The translations under genes were made by a program, and so were the position numbers. Source: Candidatus Kapaibacterium sp. (GTDB taxonomy: Bacteria; Bacteroidota; Ignavibacteria; Kapaibacteriales; UBA2268). From it: a DNA stretch of 64,000 nt. Under the pieces are notes generated by a model, which searched no databases, was not told the DNA's origin, and saw only the letters and a program-made list of their open reading frames with translations. Location of the stretch: NCBI GenBank assembly GCA_963665665.1, contig OY762428.1, forward strand, positions 1,376,001-1,440,000. The letters are read 5' to 3'. This document shows, one piece after another, positions 1 to 9,819 of this stretch; position 1 is the stretch's first letter, and the number at the start of each line of letters is the position of its first letter.

Positions 1-1300
1 CTTCAGCTCTTCCGTTGAAATTACCGGTTGGTTCAATATTTATCTCTTCACCTGTTTTTGCAGGGTTGGGATAAAGGTTGAACTTCTTCTCATATCTTTC
101 ATCATATTGCAGGACACCGTTGCCGTCTGGGAAGTAAGAGGCTATCCAGTCGTTCAGCATACAGAAGACATTATCAGGAGAATAGCCTTTCAGGCAGTCC
201 ATACCTGTCCAGTAATCTATTGATGTGTATTCCCCATTGCTGATGTCTTTATCGAAATGCTGAATAGTCCAGGTTTTGCCTGCATCCGTAGTGTGATAAA
301 AATATTGATAGCTGATTCCGGTCAGTTCGGTCTTTTTTGAATAATGCGGATTTGTGATATAGTTCAGGCTGTCCAGATATACAAATTCATCCAGGCCCAC
401 ACTATATGAACTATCCTTTTCGAACAGAAGGTTTTCCCAGCTCTCGCCACCATCGGTGGTTCGGTACAGGACAGAAACAAGATAATTCGATTCCGGGAAT
501 TCGGGGTCTCTTTTCCCTCCCCACATAAAGCCAAGATTCTCATCAATAAAATCTATCTGCCGGCATAATACACTATCCGTATTGGGATATTCCTTCCAGG
601 TTTTTCCCCTGTCAGTGGATTTCATTAATGAGAAGTTATCAGGCTGAAAATCTCCACCAGTGCCATCCCTGAAATAATCCAAGTTGTATTTTTGAAGTAT
701 GAATGTATTGTCAAACCAAGAATAACTATTAAATATTACCGTATCTTCAGAGATTTGTACCTTTTCAAATGATTGAAATTCATCATTAGTTGTATAAAAC
801 CAACCTAAAGAATTATTAAATCGAAACATAGCTTTAGCTGAATCGATTATTGTCATATTTATTAATCTTTCAGATTTGTAATTATCTTCACTGCCAAGAG
901 GCACATCAGGCGTCATTTCTTTTACATTCCAGTTATCACCGCCGTCTGTGGTTTTCAGGAACAGCCGGGATTCTTTAAAAAAGAAATACATTACATTGTC
1001 ATCTACAACATACATATCAATTGGTTGATCCAAATAAAGGGCAGGATAGCCCTGAAGGCTGTCTCCCATTGAAGTTTTATACTTTAAAACAATTCGCCAG
1101 CTTTTACCTTTATCCCATGTTTTTGATATTTCGAAATAGCTATGGTTTGACCAATATTCATCCCAGAAAAAGAGGTCTCCGTCTGGGGTTACGTTTAGGG
1201 TTCTCATATATACTGCGCTGAGATATCCTGTTATTCTCCATTCACCCGCTTGTACCATACTTGGTAAAACTAATATTACAAGTAGTAGCATTCTTTTCAA
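1..1300 (-). CDS. BNR/YCF48-like beta-propeller protein with T9SS C-terminal domain, array copy A (3' end runs off the window)
   Basis: Not in the ORF track. TTG start at 1300 reads MKRMLLLVILVLPSMVQAGEWRITGYLSAVYMRTLNVTPDGDLFFWDEYW..., in frame and colinear with paralogs 2610..4076 and 6863..8332. Confidence 0.85.
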   Translation of the reverse strand, partial: MKRMLLLVILVLPSMVQAGEWRITGYLSAVYMRTLNVTPDGDLFFWDEYWSNHSYFEISKTWDKGKSWRIVLKYKTSMGDSLQGYPALYLDQPIDMYVVDDNVMYFFFKESRLFLKTTDGGDNWNVKEMTPDVPLGSEDNYKSERLINMTIIDSAKAMFRFNNSLGWFYTTNDEFQSFEKVQISEDTVIFNSYSWFDNTFILQKYNLDYFRDGTGGDFQPDNFSLMKSTDRGKTWKEYPNTDSVLCRQIDFIDENLGFMWGGKRDPEFPESNYLVSVLYRTTDGGESWENLLFEKDSSYSVGLDEFVYLDSLNYITNPHYSKKTELTGISYQYFYHTTDAGKTWTIQHFDKDISNGEYTSIDYWTGMDCLKGYSPDNVFCMLNDWIASYFPDGNGVLQYDERYEKKFNLYPNPAKTGEEINIEPTGNFNGRAE

Positions 1301-1368
1301 TTTCTATCCCTTAGTAAAGTGTTTTTAAAATTGAGGCCAGCCCAATTTATGAGCTAGCCCTGTAATAT

Positions 1369-2553
1369 CTATGGAACTAATAAAAATTTGCCCCTAACAA
1401 GAATAGTTATATCGTTTTTCAGAACATAAAAATATGTTCCGCTGACAAAATAACTCATATCAATTTCAAATACATCAGGGGATTCAGTTAGCCTTTTATC
1501 AATTATCATGATGCCTTCAGAACTATAAATTGACAACTGATCAATATTGCCAGAAACGCTGCTTAAATTGAATTTAATTTTACCGTCCGTAGGATTTGGA
1601 TAGATTAACATTCCATCAATATTTGAATCATTGCAATTTTCTTCAATATCATTTATTTTTCCTGATTCTTCTTCAAAATTTAACAGGGCATAGCACCTGT
1701 CATAGCATTCGTGTAATTCATCACATGGTTCAGCTGAACTCCGTGAAATATCTCCGACTCTTTTAAAAGTTGTATTCTCAGGAATATAATTTCTTTCAAA
1801 ATCATACCCCCAGTTTATTTCCAAACTTATCTGGCAGCAGGCTGTACTAAGGCATTTTCTATAAACTGTACTGAATGAAACCAAATCATTATCTGCTATT
1901 TCATCCTTGTTATTTTTCTTTAATTTTAGGGTTTCGAATAGTGGAAATGATATACCGTCACCTCCGACAGATGCTAAAGTCCTGAAATATGATCTGTCAG
2001 TTGTCATTGAAATATTATCCCCGGTCCAGCAAGAAGCAATTGATGCACCATAAAAGTTTCCGGACTTTGGTATTCCATTTGGATCGCTTGGCAGCAATCC
2101 CTTTGACCTTAACTCTTCAAAACAGGCTTTAGTTGCAATTTCAACAAGATCTTCAAAATCAGGAATATTGCAGGGACAATCTTCGGGATCGGGAAGATAG
2201 AACTGGGTAATTTGAACTTCCGTGTAATTAGTTGTATTAGTCCTCCAATCAGCATCAAAACCAATCTCACAAGAATATTCAATATTATCAATTTCACATT
2301 CTAGTTTTATCATTGGATAGTTATACTCATGTATATATTGAACAACCAATCCTCCTTCAATCTCAACTATTCTGTAATATTCAGCAGTTATTTCGTAAAA
2401 TGGATGCCAGACACCAACATTTGATACACCTTCAGGTAATCCGGGATCACAAGGTGCATCAGGCTCAAATGGTATATGGACATCTGTATATTGTCCATTT
2501 GCAAATGAATTTAATAAAACAAAAAACAATATAAACAAGAATGATTTCTTCAT
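1369..2553 (-). CDS. Cys-rich secreted protein with T9SS type-A sorting domain
   Basis: Signal peptide, many Cys, C-terminal IYPNP...SGTYFYVL motif; near-duplicate of 4146..5330 at 2777-bp offset. Confidence 0.85.
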   Translation of the reverse strand: MKKSFLFILFFVLLNSFANGQYTDVHIPFEPDAPCDPGLPEGVSNVGVWHPFYEITAEYYRIVEIEGGLVVQYIHEYNYPMIKLECEIDNIEYSCEIGFDADWRTNTTNYTEVQITQFYLPDPEDCPCNIPDFEDLVEIATKACFEELRSKGLLPSDPNGIPKSGNFYGASIASCWTGDNISMTTDRSYFRTLASVGGDGISFPLFETLKLKKNNKDEIADNDLVSFSTVYRKCLSTACCQISLEINWGYDFERNYIPENTTFKRVGDISRSSAEPCDELHECYDRCYALLNFEEESGKINDIEENCNDSNIDGMLIYPNPTDGKIKFNLSSVSGNIDQLSIYSSEGIMIIDKRLTESPDVFEIDMSYFVSGTYFYVLKNDITILVRGKFLLVP

Positions 2554-2554
2554 C

Positions 2555-2599
2555 TCATTTCTCCTTAATTTGGTTAGGGATAGTTTTTTTATTTCTCAT
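2555..2599 (-). other. 14-codon mini-ORF / duplication junction (MRNKKTIPNQIKEK*)
   Basis: Copy of 5332..5376; matches the last codons of the 2618-aa gene (NKNTNPKQIKEK*). Confidence 0.55.
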
Positions 2600-2609
2600 A
2601 ATTAAATAC

Positions 2610-4076
2610 CTATTCAATCACAATAATTTCATACGCCGGGGGATGGTCCGGCATTTCAATATCAACTACATAAGTTCCGGGAGGATAATCACTGCCCGCG
2701 ATAAATTGAATGCTGTTACCACAAAAGAAATATGCACCGAAGCTCTCAATCAACTCACCTCGGATTGTATATATTTTTACATCAGCTCTTCCAGTGATGT
2801 TGCCGATTGGTTCAATATTTATCTCTTCACCTGTTTTGGCAGGATTGGGATAAACGCTGAATTGATTTTCATATCTTTCATCATATTGCAGGACTCCGTT
2901 GCCGTCAGGAAAGTATGAGGCTATCCAGTCGTTCAGCATACAGAATACATTATCAGGTGAATAGCCTTTCAGGCAGTCCATACCTGTCCAGTAATCTATT
3001 GATGTGTATTCCCCATTGCTGATATCTTTATCGAAATGCTGAATAGTCCAGGTTTTACCTGCATCCGTCGTATGATAAAAATATTGGTAACTGATTCCGG
3101 TTAGTTCTGTCTTCTTGGAATAATGTGGATTTGTGATATAGTTCAGGCTGTCCAGATATACAAATTCATCCAGGCCCACACTGTAGGAACTATCTTTCTC
3201 GAACAGGAGGTTTTCCCAGCTTTCACCGCCATCGGTGGTTCGGTACAGGACAGAAACAAGATAATTCGATTCCGGGTATTCAGGATCTCTTTTTCCTCCC
3301 CACATAAAGCCAAGATTCTCATCAATAAAATCTATCTGCCGGCATAATACACTATCCGTATTGGGATATTCCTTCCAGGTTTTGCCTCGGTCAGTGGATT
3401 TATACAAAGAATAATAATCTGGCTTATAGTATTTACTTGCAGATTGATGATAATCTAATTTATATTTTTGCACTATAAATGTATCATCAAACCATTCTAT
3501 GCTATTATAAGCCACGCTGTCTTTACTGACAATTATTGTATCAATGGTAGCAAAATCATCATATGTAGTATGGAAATAACCCCGCCAACCTACGAATCCA
3601 ACAATTCCCTTACCGTCGCCAATCATATTAGCAATTCCGATCCTTTCGGCTTTATAATTCTCTTCACTGCCAAGAGGCACATCAGGCGTCATTTCCTTCA
3701 CATTCCAGTTATCTCCGCCGTCTGTGGTTTTCAGAAAAAGGCGGGATTCTTTAAAAAAGAAATATATTACATTGTCATCTACAACATACATATCAATTGG
3801 CCTGTTTAAATACTCGCAAGGATAGCCTTGGAGTGAATCTCCCATCTCATCCTTATACTTTAAAACAGATCTCCAGTTCTCACCCTTGTTCCATGTTTTA
3901 AAAATTTCAAAATAACTATGATTCGACCAATATTCATCCCAGAAAAAGAGGTCTCCGTCTGGGGTTACGTTCAGGGTTCTCATATATACAGCTTTCAAAT
4001 AGCCTGTTATCCTCCATTCGCCCGCTTGTACCATAATGGGTAAAAATAATATTACAAGTATTAGAATTCTTTTCAA
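2610..4076 (-). CDS. BNR/YCF48-like beta-propeller protein with T9SS domain, copy B
   Basis: Signal peptide, repeated (S/T)TDGGxxW Asp-box motifs, C-terminal VYPNP...GTYVV. Confidence 0.88.
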   Translation of the reverse strand: MKRILILVILFLPIMVQAGEWRITGYLKAVYMRTLNVTPDGDLFFWDEYWSNHSYFEIFKTWNKGENWRSVLKYKDEMGDSLQGYPCEYLNRPIDMYVVDDNVIYFFFKESRLFLKTTDGGDNWNVKEMTPDVPLGSEENYKAERIGIANMIGDGKGIVGFVGWRGYFHTTYDDFATIDTIIVSKDSVAYNSIEWFDDTFIVQKYKLDYHQSASKYYKPDYYSLYKSTDRGKTWKEYPNTDSVLCRQIDFIDENLGFMWGGKRDPEYPESNYLVSVLYRTTDGGESWENLLFEKDSSYSVGLDEFVYLDSLNYITNPHYSKKTELTGISYQYFYHTTDAGKTWTIQHFDKDISNGEYTSIDYWTGMDCLKGYSPDNVFCMLNDWIASYFPDGNGVLQYDERYENQFSVYPNPAKTGEEINIEPIGNITGRADVKIYTIRGELIESFGAYFFCGNSIQFIAGSDYPPGTYVVDIEMPDHPPAYEIIVIE

Positions 4077-4145
4077 TTTCTATACCTTAATCAGTTGTTT
4101 TATAAAATTTAGGCCAGCCCAATTTATGAGCCAGCCCTGTAATAT

Positions 4146-5330
4146 CTAAGGAACTAATAAAAATTTGCCACTATCAATAATAGTTATATCGTTTTTCAGA
4201 ATATAAAAATAAGTTCCACTAACGAAATAACTCAAATCAATTTCAAATACACCAGAGGATTCAGTTAGACTTTTTTCTATTATAATGATGCCTTCAGAAC
4301 TGTAAATTGACAACTGATCAACATTCCCAGAGACGCTGCTTAAATTGAATTTTATTTTACCATCCGTAGGATTCGGATAGATTAACATTCCATTAAAATC
4401 TGCATCATTTGTAGTTTCCTCTTTATCATTTATTTTACCTGATTCCTCTTCAAAATTTAACAGGGCATAGCACCTGTCATAGCATTCGTGTAATTCATCA
4501 CATGGTTCAGCTGAACTCCGTGAAATATCTCCGACTCTTTTATAAGTTGTATTCTCTTGTATATAGTTATCATAATCGTCATACCCCCAGGTAATTTCCA
4601 AACTTATCTGGCAGCAGGCTGTACTCAGGCATTTTCTATAAACTGTACTGAATGAAACCAATTCATTATCTGCGGTTTTATCCTTGTTATTTTTCTTTAT
4701 TGTTCGTGTTTCGAATAATGGAAATGTTATCCCCTCGCCCCCGACAGATGCTAAAGTCCTGAAATATGATCTGTCAGTTGTCATTGAGATATTATCTCCG
4801 GTCCAGCAAGAAGCAATTGATGCGCCATAAAAGTTTCCGGACTTTGGTATTCCATTTGGATCGCTTGGCAGCAATCCCTTTGACCTTAACTCTTCAAAAC
4901 AGGCTTTAGTTGCAATTTCTACAAGATCTTCAAATTCTGGAATATCACACTCACATTCTTCTTCATCCGGAAGAAATATTTGGGTTATTTGCACTTCAGT
5001 GTAATTAGTAGTATTTGTTCTCCAATTAGCATCAAATGCAATTTCACATTGATAATTAATACCATTAACAGTACAATTAATTAAAATTGATGGATAAATA
5101 TACTCTCGAATATGTTGAACAACCAATCCTCCTTCAATCTCAACTATTCTGTAATATTCAGCTGTTATTTCGTAAAATGGCTGCCAGACACCAACATTTG
5201 ATACACCTTCAGGTAATCCGGGATCACAAGGTGCATCAGGCTCAAATGGTATATGGACATCTGTATATTGTCCATTTGCAAATGAATTTAATAAAACAAA
5301 AAGCAATATAAACATGAATGATTTCTTCAT
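4146..5330 (-). CDS. Cys-rich secreted protein with T9SS type-A sorting domain
   Basis: Paralog of 1369..2553 and 11367..12554; IYPNP...SGTYFY C-terminus. Confidence 0.85.
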   Translation of the reverse strand: MKKSFMFILLFVLLNSFANGQYTDVHIPFEPDAPCDPGLPEGVSNVGVWQPFYEITAEYYRIVEIEGGLVVQHIREYIYPSILINCTVNGINYQCEIAFDANWRTNTTNYTEVQITQIFLPDEEECECDIPEFEDLVEIATKACFEELRSKGLLPSDPNGIPKSGNFYGASIASCWTGDNISMTTDRSYFRTLASVGGEGITFPLFETRTIKKNNKDKTADNELVSFSTVYRKCLSTACCQISLEITWGYDDYDNYIQENTTYKRVGDISRSSAEPCDELHECYDRCYALLNFEEESGKINDKEETTNDADFNGMLIYPNPTDGKIKFNLSSVSGNVDQLSIYSSEGIIIIEKSLTESSGVFEIDLSYFVSGTYFYILKNDITIIDSGKFLLVP

Positions 5331-5331
5331 C

Positions 5332-5376
5332 TCATTTCTCCTTAATTTGGTTAGGGTTAGTATTTTTATTTCTCAT
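5332..5376 (-). other. 14-codon mini-ORF / duplication junction (MRNKNTNPNQIKEK*)
   Basis: 5' part matches the start of copy D (GGTATTTAATTATGAGAAA); 3' part matches the end of the 2618-aa gene; both parents share ATACTAACCCT. Confidence 0.6.
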
Positions 5377-5386
5377 AATTAAATAC

Positions 5387-6853
5387 CTATTCAATCACAA
5401 TAATTTCATACGCCGGGGGTTGGCCCGGCATTTCAATACCAATTATATAAGTTCCGGGATGATACAAGTTATCCAGGACAAACTGCATACTGTTATCGCC
5501 AAGGAAATATGCGCCGAAGCTCTCCATAAGCTCACCTCGTATTGTATATATTTTTATCTCAGCCCTTACGCTGATGTTTCCGGTTGGTTCAATATTTATC
5601 ACTTCACCTGTTTTGGCAGGGTTGGGATAAAGGTTGAACTTCTTCTCATATCTTTCATCATATTGCAGGACACCATTGCCATCGGGAAAGTATGAGGCTA
5701 TCCAGTCGTTCAGCATACAGAATACATTATCCGGGGAATAGCCTTTCAGGCAGTCCATACCTGTCCAGTAATCTATAGATGTATATTCCCCATTGCTGAT
5801 GTCTTTATCGAAATGCTGAATAGTCCAGGTTTTGCCTGCATCCGTAGTGTGATAAAAATATTGATAGCTTATTCCGGTCAGTTCTGTCTTCTTGGAATAA
5901 TGCGGATTTGTGATATAGTTCAGGCTGTCCAGATATACAAATTCATCCAGGCCCACACTGTAGGAACTATCCTTCTCGAACAGGAGGTTTTCCCAGCTTT
6001 CGCCTCCATCGGTGGTTCTGTACAGAACAGAAACAAGATAATCAGATTCCGGGTATTCGGGATCTCTTTTGCCTCCCCACATAAACCCGAGATTCTCATC
6101 AATAAAATCAATCTGGCGACATAATACGCTATCGGTATTGGGATATTCATTCCAGGTTTTTCCCCTGTCTGTGGACTTATACAAAGAAAAATAATCGGGC
6201 TTAAAGTATTTACTCGCAGATTGATGATACTCTAATTTATATTTTTGCACTATAAATGTATCATCAAACCATTCTATGCTATTATAAGCCACGCTGTCTT
6301 TACTGACAATTATTGTATCAATGGTAGCAAAATCATCAGATGTAGTATGGAAATAACCCCGCCATCCAACAAATCCAACAATTCCCTTACCATCGCCAAT
6401 CATATTAGCTATTCCGATCCTTTCGGCTTTATAATTCTCTTCACTGCCAAGAGGCACATCAGGCGTCATTTCCTTCACATTCCAGTTATCCCCGCCGTCT
6501 GTAGTTTTCAGAAAAAGGCGGGATTCTTTAAAAAAGAAATATATTACATTGTCATCTACAACATACATATCAATTGGTTGATCAATATATTCCCCTGGAT
6601 AACCCTGATAGCTTTTTCCAAAACCATTCTTTATTCTCAATGCATTCGTCCAACTTTTACCTTTGTCAGAAGTTTTCATTATCGTAAGATATTTCGAATC
6701 AGACATTCCTTCATCCCAGAAAAATAGATCACCATCAGGAGTGACATTTAATGTCCTCATATATATTGCATTCAAAAAACCTGTTATCCGCCATTCACCG
6801 GAATAGAGAGATAGCGGGATAAAAATCATTATCAAGAGTAGTATCTTTTTCAT
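5387..6853 (-). CDS. BNR/YCF48-like beta-propeller protein with T9SS domain, copy C
   Basis: ORF 5387..6862; start placed at MKKILLL (6853); Asp-box repeats, YPNP C-terminal domain. Confidence 0.88.
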   Translation of the reverse strand: MKKILLLIMIFIPLSLYSGEWRITGFLNAIYMRTLNVTPDGDLFFWDEGMSDSKYLTIMKTSDKGKSWTNALRIKNGFGKSYQGYPGEYIDQPIDMYVVDDNVIYFFFKESRLFLKTTDGGDNWNVKEMTPDVPLGSEENYKAERIGIANMIGDGKGIVGFVGWRGYFHTTSDDFATIDTIIVSKDSVAYNSIEWFDDTFIVQKYKLEYHQSASKYFKPDYFSLYKSTDRGKTWNEYPNTDSVLCRQIDFIDENLGFMWGGKRDPEYPESDYLVSVLYRTTDGGESWENLLFEKDSSYSVGLDEFVYLDSLNYITNPHYSKKTELTGISYQYFYHTTDAGKTWTIQHFDKDISNGEYTSIDYWTGMDCLKGYSPDNVFCMLNDWIASYFPDGNGVLQYDERYEKKFNLYPNPAKTGEVINIEPTGNISVRAEIKIYTIRGELMESFGAYFLGDNSMQFVLDNLYHPGTYIIGIEMPGQPPAYEIIVIE

Positions 6854-6862
6854 AATAAACAC

Positions 6863-8332
6863 CTATTCAATCACAATAATTTCATACGCCGGGGGTTGGC
6901 CCGGCATTTCAATACCAACTACATACGTTCCGGGAGTATACGAGTTATCCGGGACAAACTGGATACTGTTTCCACCAAGGAGATATGCGGCGAAGCTCTC
7001 AATTATTTCGCCACGAATTGTATATATTTTTACCTCAGCTCTTCCGTTAATATTCATGGTTGGTTCAATATTTATCTCATCCCCAGTTTTGGCAGGGTTT
7101 GGATAAATATTAAATTGCTTCTCATATCTTTCATCATATTGCAGGACTCCGTTGCCTTCTGGGAAGTATGAGGCTATCCAGTCGTTCAGCATACAGAAGA
7201 CATTATCAGGAGAATAGCCTTTCAGGCAGTCCATACCTGTCCAGTAATCTATTGATGTGTATTCCCCATTGCTGATGTCTTTATCGAAATGCTGAATAGT
7301 CCAGGTTTTGCCTGCATCCGTAGTGTGATAAAAATATTGATAGCTGATTCCGGTCAGTTCGGTCTTTTTTGAATAATGCGGATTTGTGATATAGTTCAGG
7401 CTGTCCAGATATACAAATTCATCCAGGCCCACACTATATGAACTATCCTTTTCGAACAGAAGGTTTTCCCAGCTCTCGCCACCATCGGTGGTTCGGTACA
7501 GGACAGAAACAAGATAATTCGATTCCGGGTCTTCAGGGTCTCTTTTTCCTCCCCACATAAACCCGAGATTCTCATCAATAAAATCTATCTGGCGGCATAA
7601 TATACTATCGGTATTAGGATATTCCTTCCAGGTTTTGCCACGATCAGTGGATTTCATTAATGAGAAGTTATCAGGCTGAAAATCTCCACCAGTGCCATCC
7701 CTGAAATAATCCAAGTTGTATTTTTGAAGTATGAATGTATTGTCAAACCAAGAATAACTATTAAATATTACCGTATCTTTAGAGATTTGTACCTTTTCAA
7801 ATGATTGAAACTCATCATTAGTTGTATAAAACCAACCTAAAGAATTATTAAATCGAAACATTGCTTTAGCTGAATCGATTATTGTCATATTTATTAATCT
7901 TTCAGATTTGTAATTATCTTCACTACCAAGAGGTACTTCATGCGTCATTTCCTTTACTTTCCAGTTATCTCCGCCGTCTGTAGTTTTCAGAAAAAGGCGG
8001 GATTCTTTGAAAAAGAAATACATTACATTGTCATCTACAACATACATATCGATAGGCCTGTTTAAATACTCGCATGGATAACCTTGGAGTGAATCTCCCA
8101 TCTCATCCTTATACTTTAAAACAGATCGCCAGTTTTCGCCCTTATTCCATGTTTTAAAAATTTCAAAATAACTATGGCTTGACCAATATTCATCCCAGAA
8201 AAAGAGGTCTCCGTCAGGAGTTACATTTAGAGTTCTCATATATACAGCTTTTAAATAGCCTGTTATTCGCCATTCGCCGGAGCTAAGGGTTATGGGAATA
8301 AAAATCAATATCAGGGTTAGTATCTTTCTCAT
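6863..8332 (-). CDS. BNR/YCF48-like beta-propeller protein with T9SS domain, copy D
   Basis: ORF 6863..8350; start placed at MRKILTL (8332) to avoid overlap with copy E. Confidence 0.88.
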   Translation of the reverse strand: MRKILTLILIFIPITLSSGEWRITGYLKAVYMRTLNVTPDGDLFFWDEYWSSHSYFEIFKTWNKGENWRSVLKYKDEMGDSLQGYPCEYLNRPIDMYVVDDNVMYFFFKESRLFLKTTDGGDNWKVKEMTHEVPLGSEDNYKSERLINMTIIDSAKAMFRFNNSLGWFYTTNDEFQSFEKVQISKDTVIFNSYSWFDNTFILQKYNLDYFRDGTGGDFQPDNFSLMKSTDRGKTWKEYPNTDSILCRQIDFIDENLGFMWGGKRDPEDPESNYLVSVLYRTTDGGESWENLLFEKDSSYSVGLDEFVYLDSLNYITNPHYSKKTELTGISYQYFYHTTDAGKTWTIQHFDKDISNGEYTSIDYWTGMDCLKGYSPDNVFCMLNDWIASYFPEGNGVLQYDERYEKQFNIYPNPAKTGDEINIEPTMNINGRAEVKIYTIRGEIIESFAAYLLGGNSIQFVPDNSYTPGTYVVGIEMPGQPPAYEIIVIE

Positions 8333-8342
8333 AATTAAATAC

Positions 8343-9809
8343 CTATTCAATCACAATCATTTCATACGCCGGGGGCTGGCCCGGTATTTCAATACTAATT
8401 ACATAAGTTCCGGGAGGATAAGAGTTATCCAGGACAAACTGAATACTGTTACCGCCAAGGAAATATGCGCCGAAGCTCTCCATAAGCTCTCCGCGGATTG
8501 TATATATTTTTATCTCAGCCCTTACGCTGATGTTTCCGGTTGGTTCAATATTTATCTCTTCACCTGTTTTGGCAGGGTTTGGATAAATATTGAATTGCTT
8601 CTTATATCTTTCATCATATTGCAGGACTCCGTTGCCGTCTGGGAAGTAAGAGGCTATCCAGTCGTTCAGCATACAAAACACATTATCAGGTGAATAGCCT
8701 TTCAGGCAGTCCATACCTGTCCAGTAATCTATTGATGTGTATTCCCCATTGCTGATATCTTTATCGAAATGCTGAATAGTCCAGCTTTTACCGGCATCCG
8801 TCGTATGATAAAAATATTGATAGCTGATTCCGGTCAGTTCTGTCTTCTTGGAATAATGCGGATTTGTGATATAGTTCAGGCTGTCCAGATATACAAATTC
8901 ATCCAGGCCTACACTATATGAACTATCCTTTTCGAACAGAAGGTTTTCCCAGCTCTCTCCTCCATCGGTGGTTCGGTACAGGACAGAAACAAGATAATTC
9001 GATTCCGGGTATTCGGGATCTCTTTTGCCTCCCCACATAAACCCGAGATTCTCATCAATAAAATCTATCTGGCGACATAATACACTATCCGTATTAGGAT
9101 ATTCCTTCCAGGTTTTGCCCCTGTCTGTGGACTTATACAAAGAAAAATAATCGGGCTTAAAGTATTTACTCGCAGATTGATGATACTCTAATTTATATTT
9201 TTGCACTATAAATGTATCATCAAACCATTCTATGCTATTATAAGCCACGCTGTCTTTACTGACAATTATTGTATCAATGGTAGCAAAATCATCAGATGTA
9301 GTATGGAAATAACCCCGCCATCCAACAAATCCAACAATTCCCTTACCATCGCCAATCATATTAGCTATTCCGATCCTTTCGGCTTTATAATTCTCTTCAC
9401 TGCCAAGAGGCACATCAGGCGTCATTTCCTTCACATTCCAGTTATCCCCGCCGTCTGTGGTTTTCAGGAAAAGCCGGGATTCTTTGAAAAAGAAATACAT
9501 TACATTGTTATCAACAACATACATGTCAATTGGCCTGCTCAGATAATTAGCACAATACCCCTGAAGAGTATCTTTCAAAGTATTTTTTATTCTCAGGACA
9601 TTGCTCCAACTAATGCCTCTGTCGCTAGTCTTCATAATGGTCAAACGTCTTGTATCCGAGACTCCTTCGTTCCAGAAAAAAAGATCACCGTCAGGAGTGA
9701 CATTCAATGTCCTCATTTGTATTGCATTCAAAAAACCTGTTATTCTCCATTCACCGGAATAGAGAGATAGCGGGATAAAAATCAATATCAGGATTAGTAT
9801 CTTTTTCAT
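8343..9809 (-). CDS. BNR/YCF48-like beta-propeller protein with T9SS domain, copy E
   Basis: Same architecture and near-identical C-terminal half as copies B-D. Confidence 0.88.
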   Translation of the reverse strand: MKKILILILIFIPLSLYSGEWRITGFLNAIQMRTLNVTPDGDLFFWNEGVSDTRRLTIMKTSDRGISWSNVLRIKNTLKDTLQGYCANYLSRPIDMYVVDNNVMYFFFKESRLFLKTTDGGDNWNVKEMTPDVPLGSEENYKAERIGIANMIGDGKGIVGFVGWRGYFHTTSDDFATIDTIIVSKDSVAYNSIEWFDDTFIVQKYKLEYHQSASKYFKPDYFSLYKSTDRGKTWKEYPNTDSVLCRQIDFIDENLGFMWGGKRDPEYPESNYLVSVLYRTTDGGESWENLLFEKDSSYSVGLDEFVYLDSLNYITNPHYSKKTELTGISYQYFYHTTDAGKSWTIQHFDKDISNGEYTSIDYWTGMDCLKGYSPDNVFCMLNDWIASYFPDGNGVLQYDERYKKQFNIYPNPAKTGEEINIEPTGNISVRAEIKIYTIRGELMESFGAYFLGGNSIQFVLDNSYPPGTYVISIEIPGQPPAYEMIVIE

Positions 9810-9819
9810 AATCTAGCAC

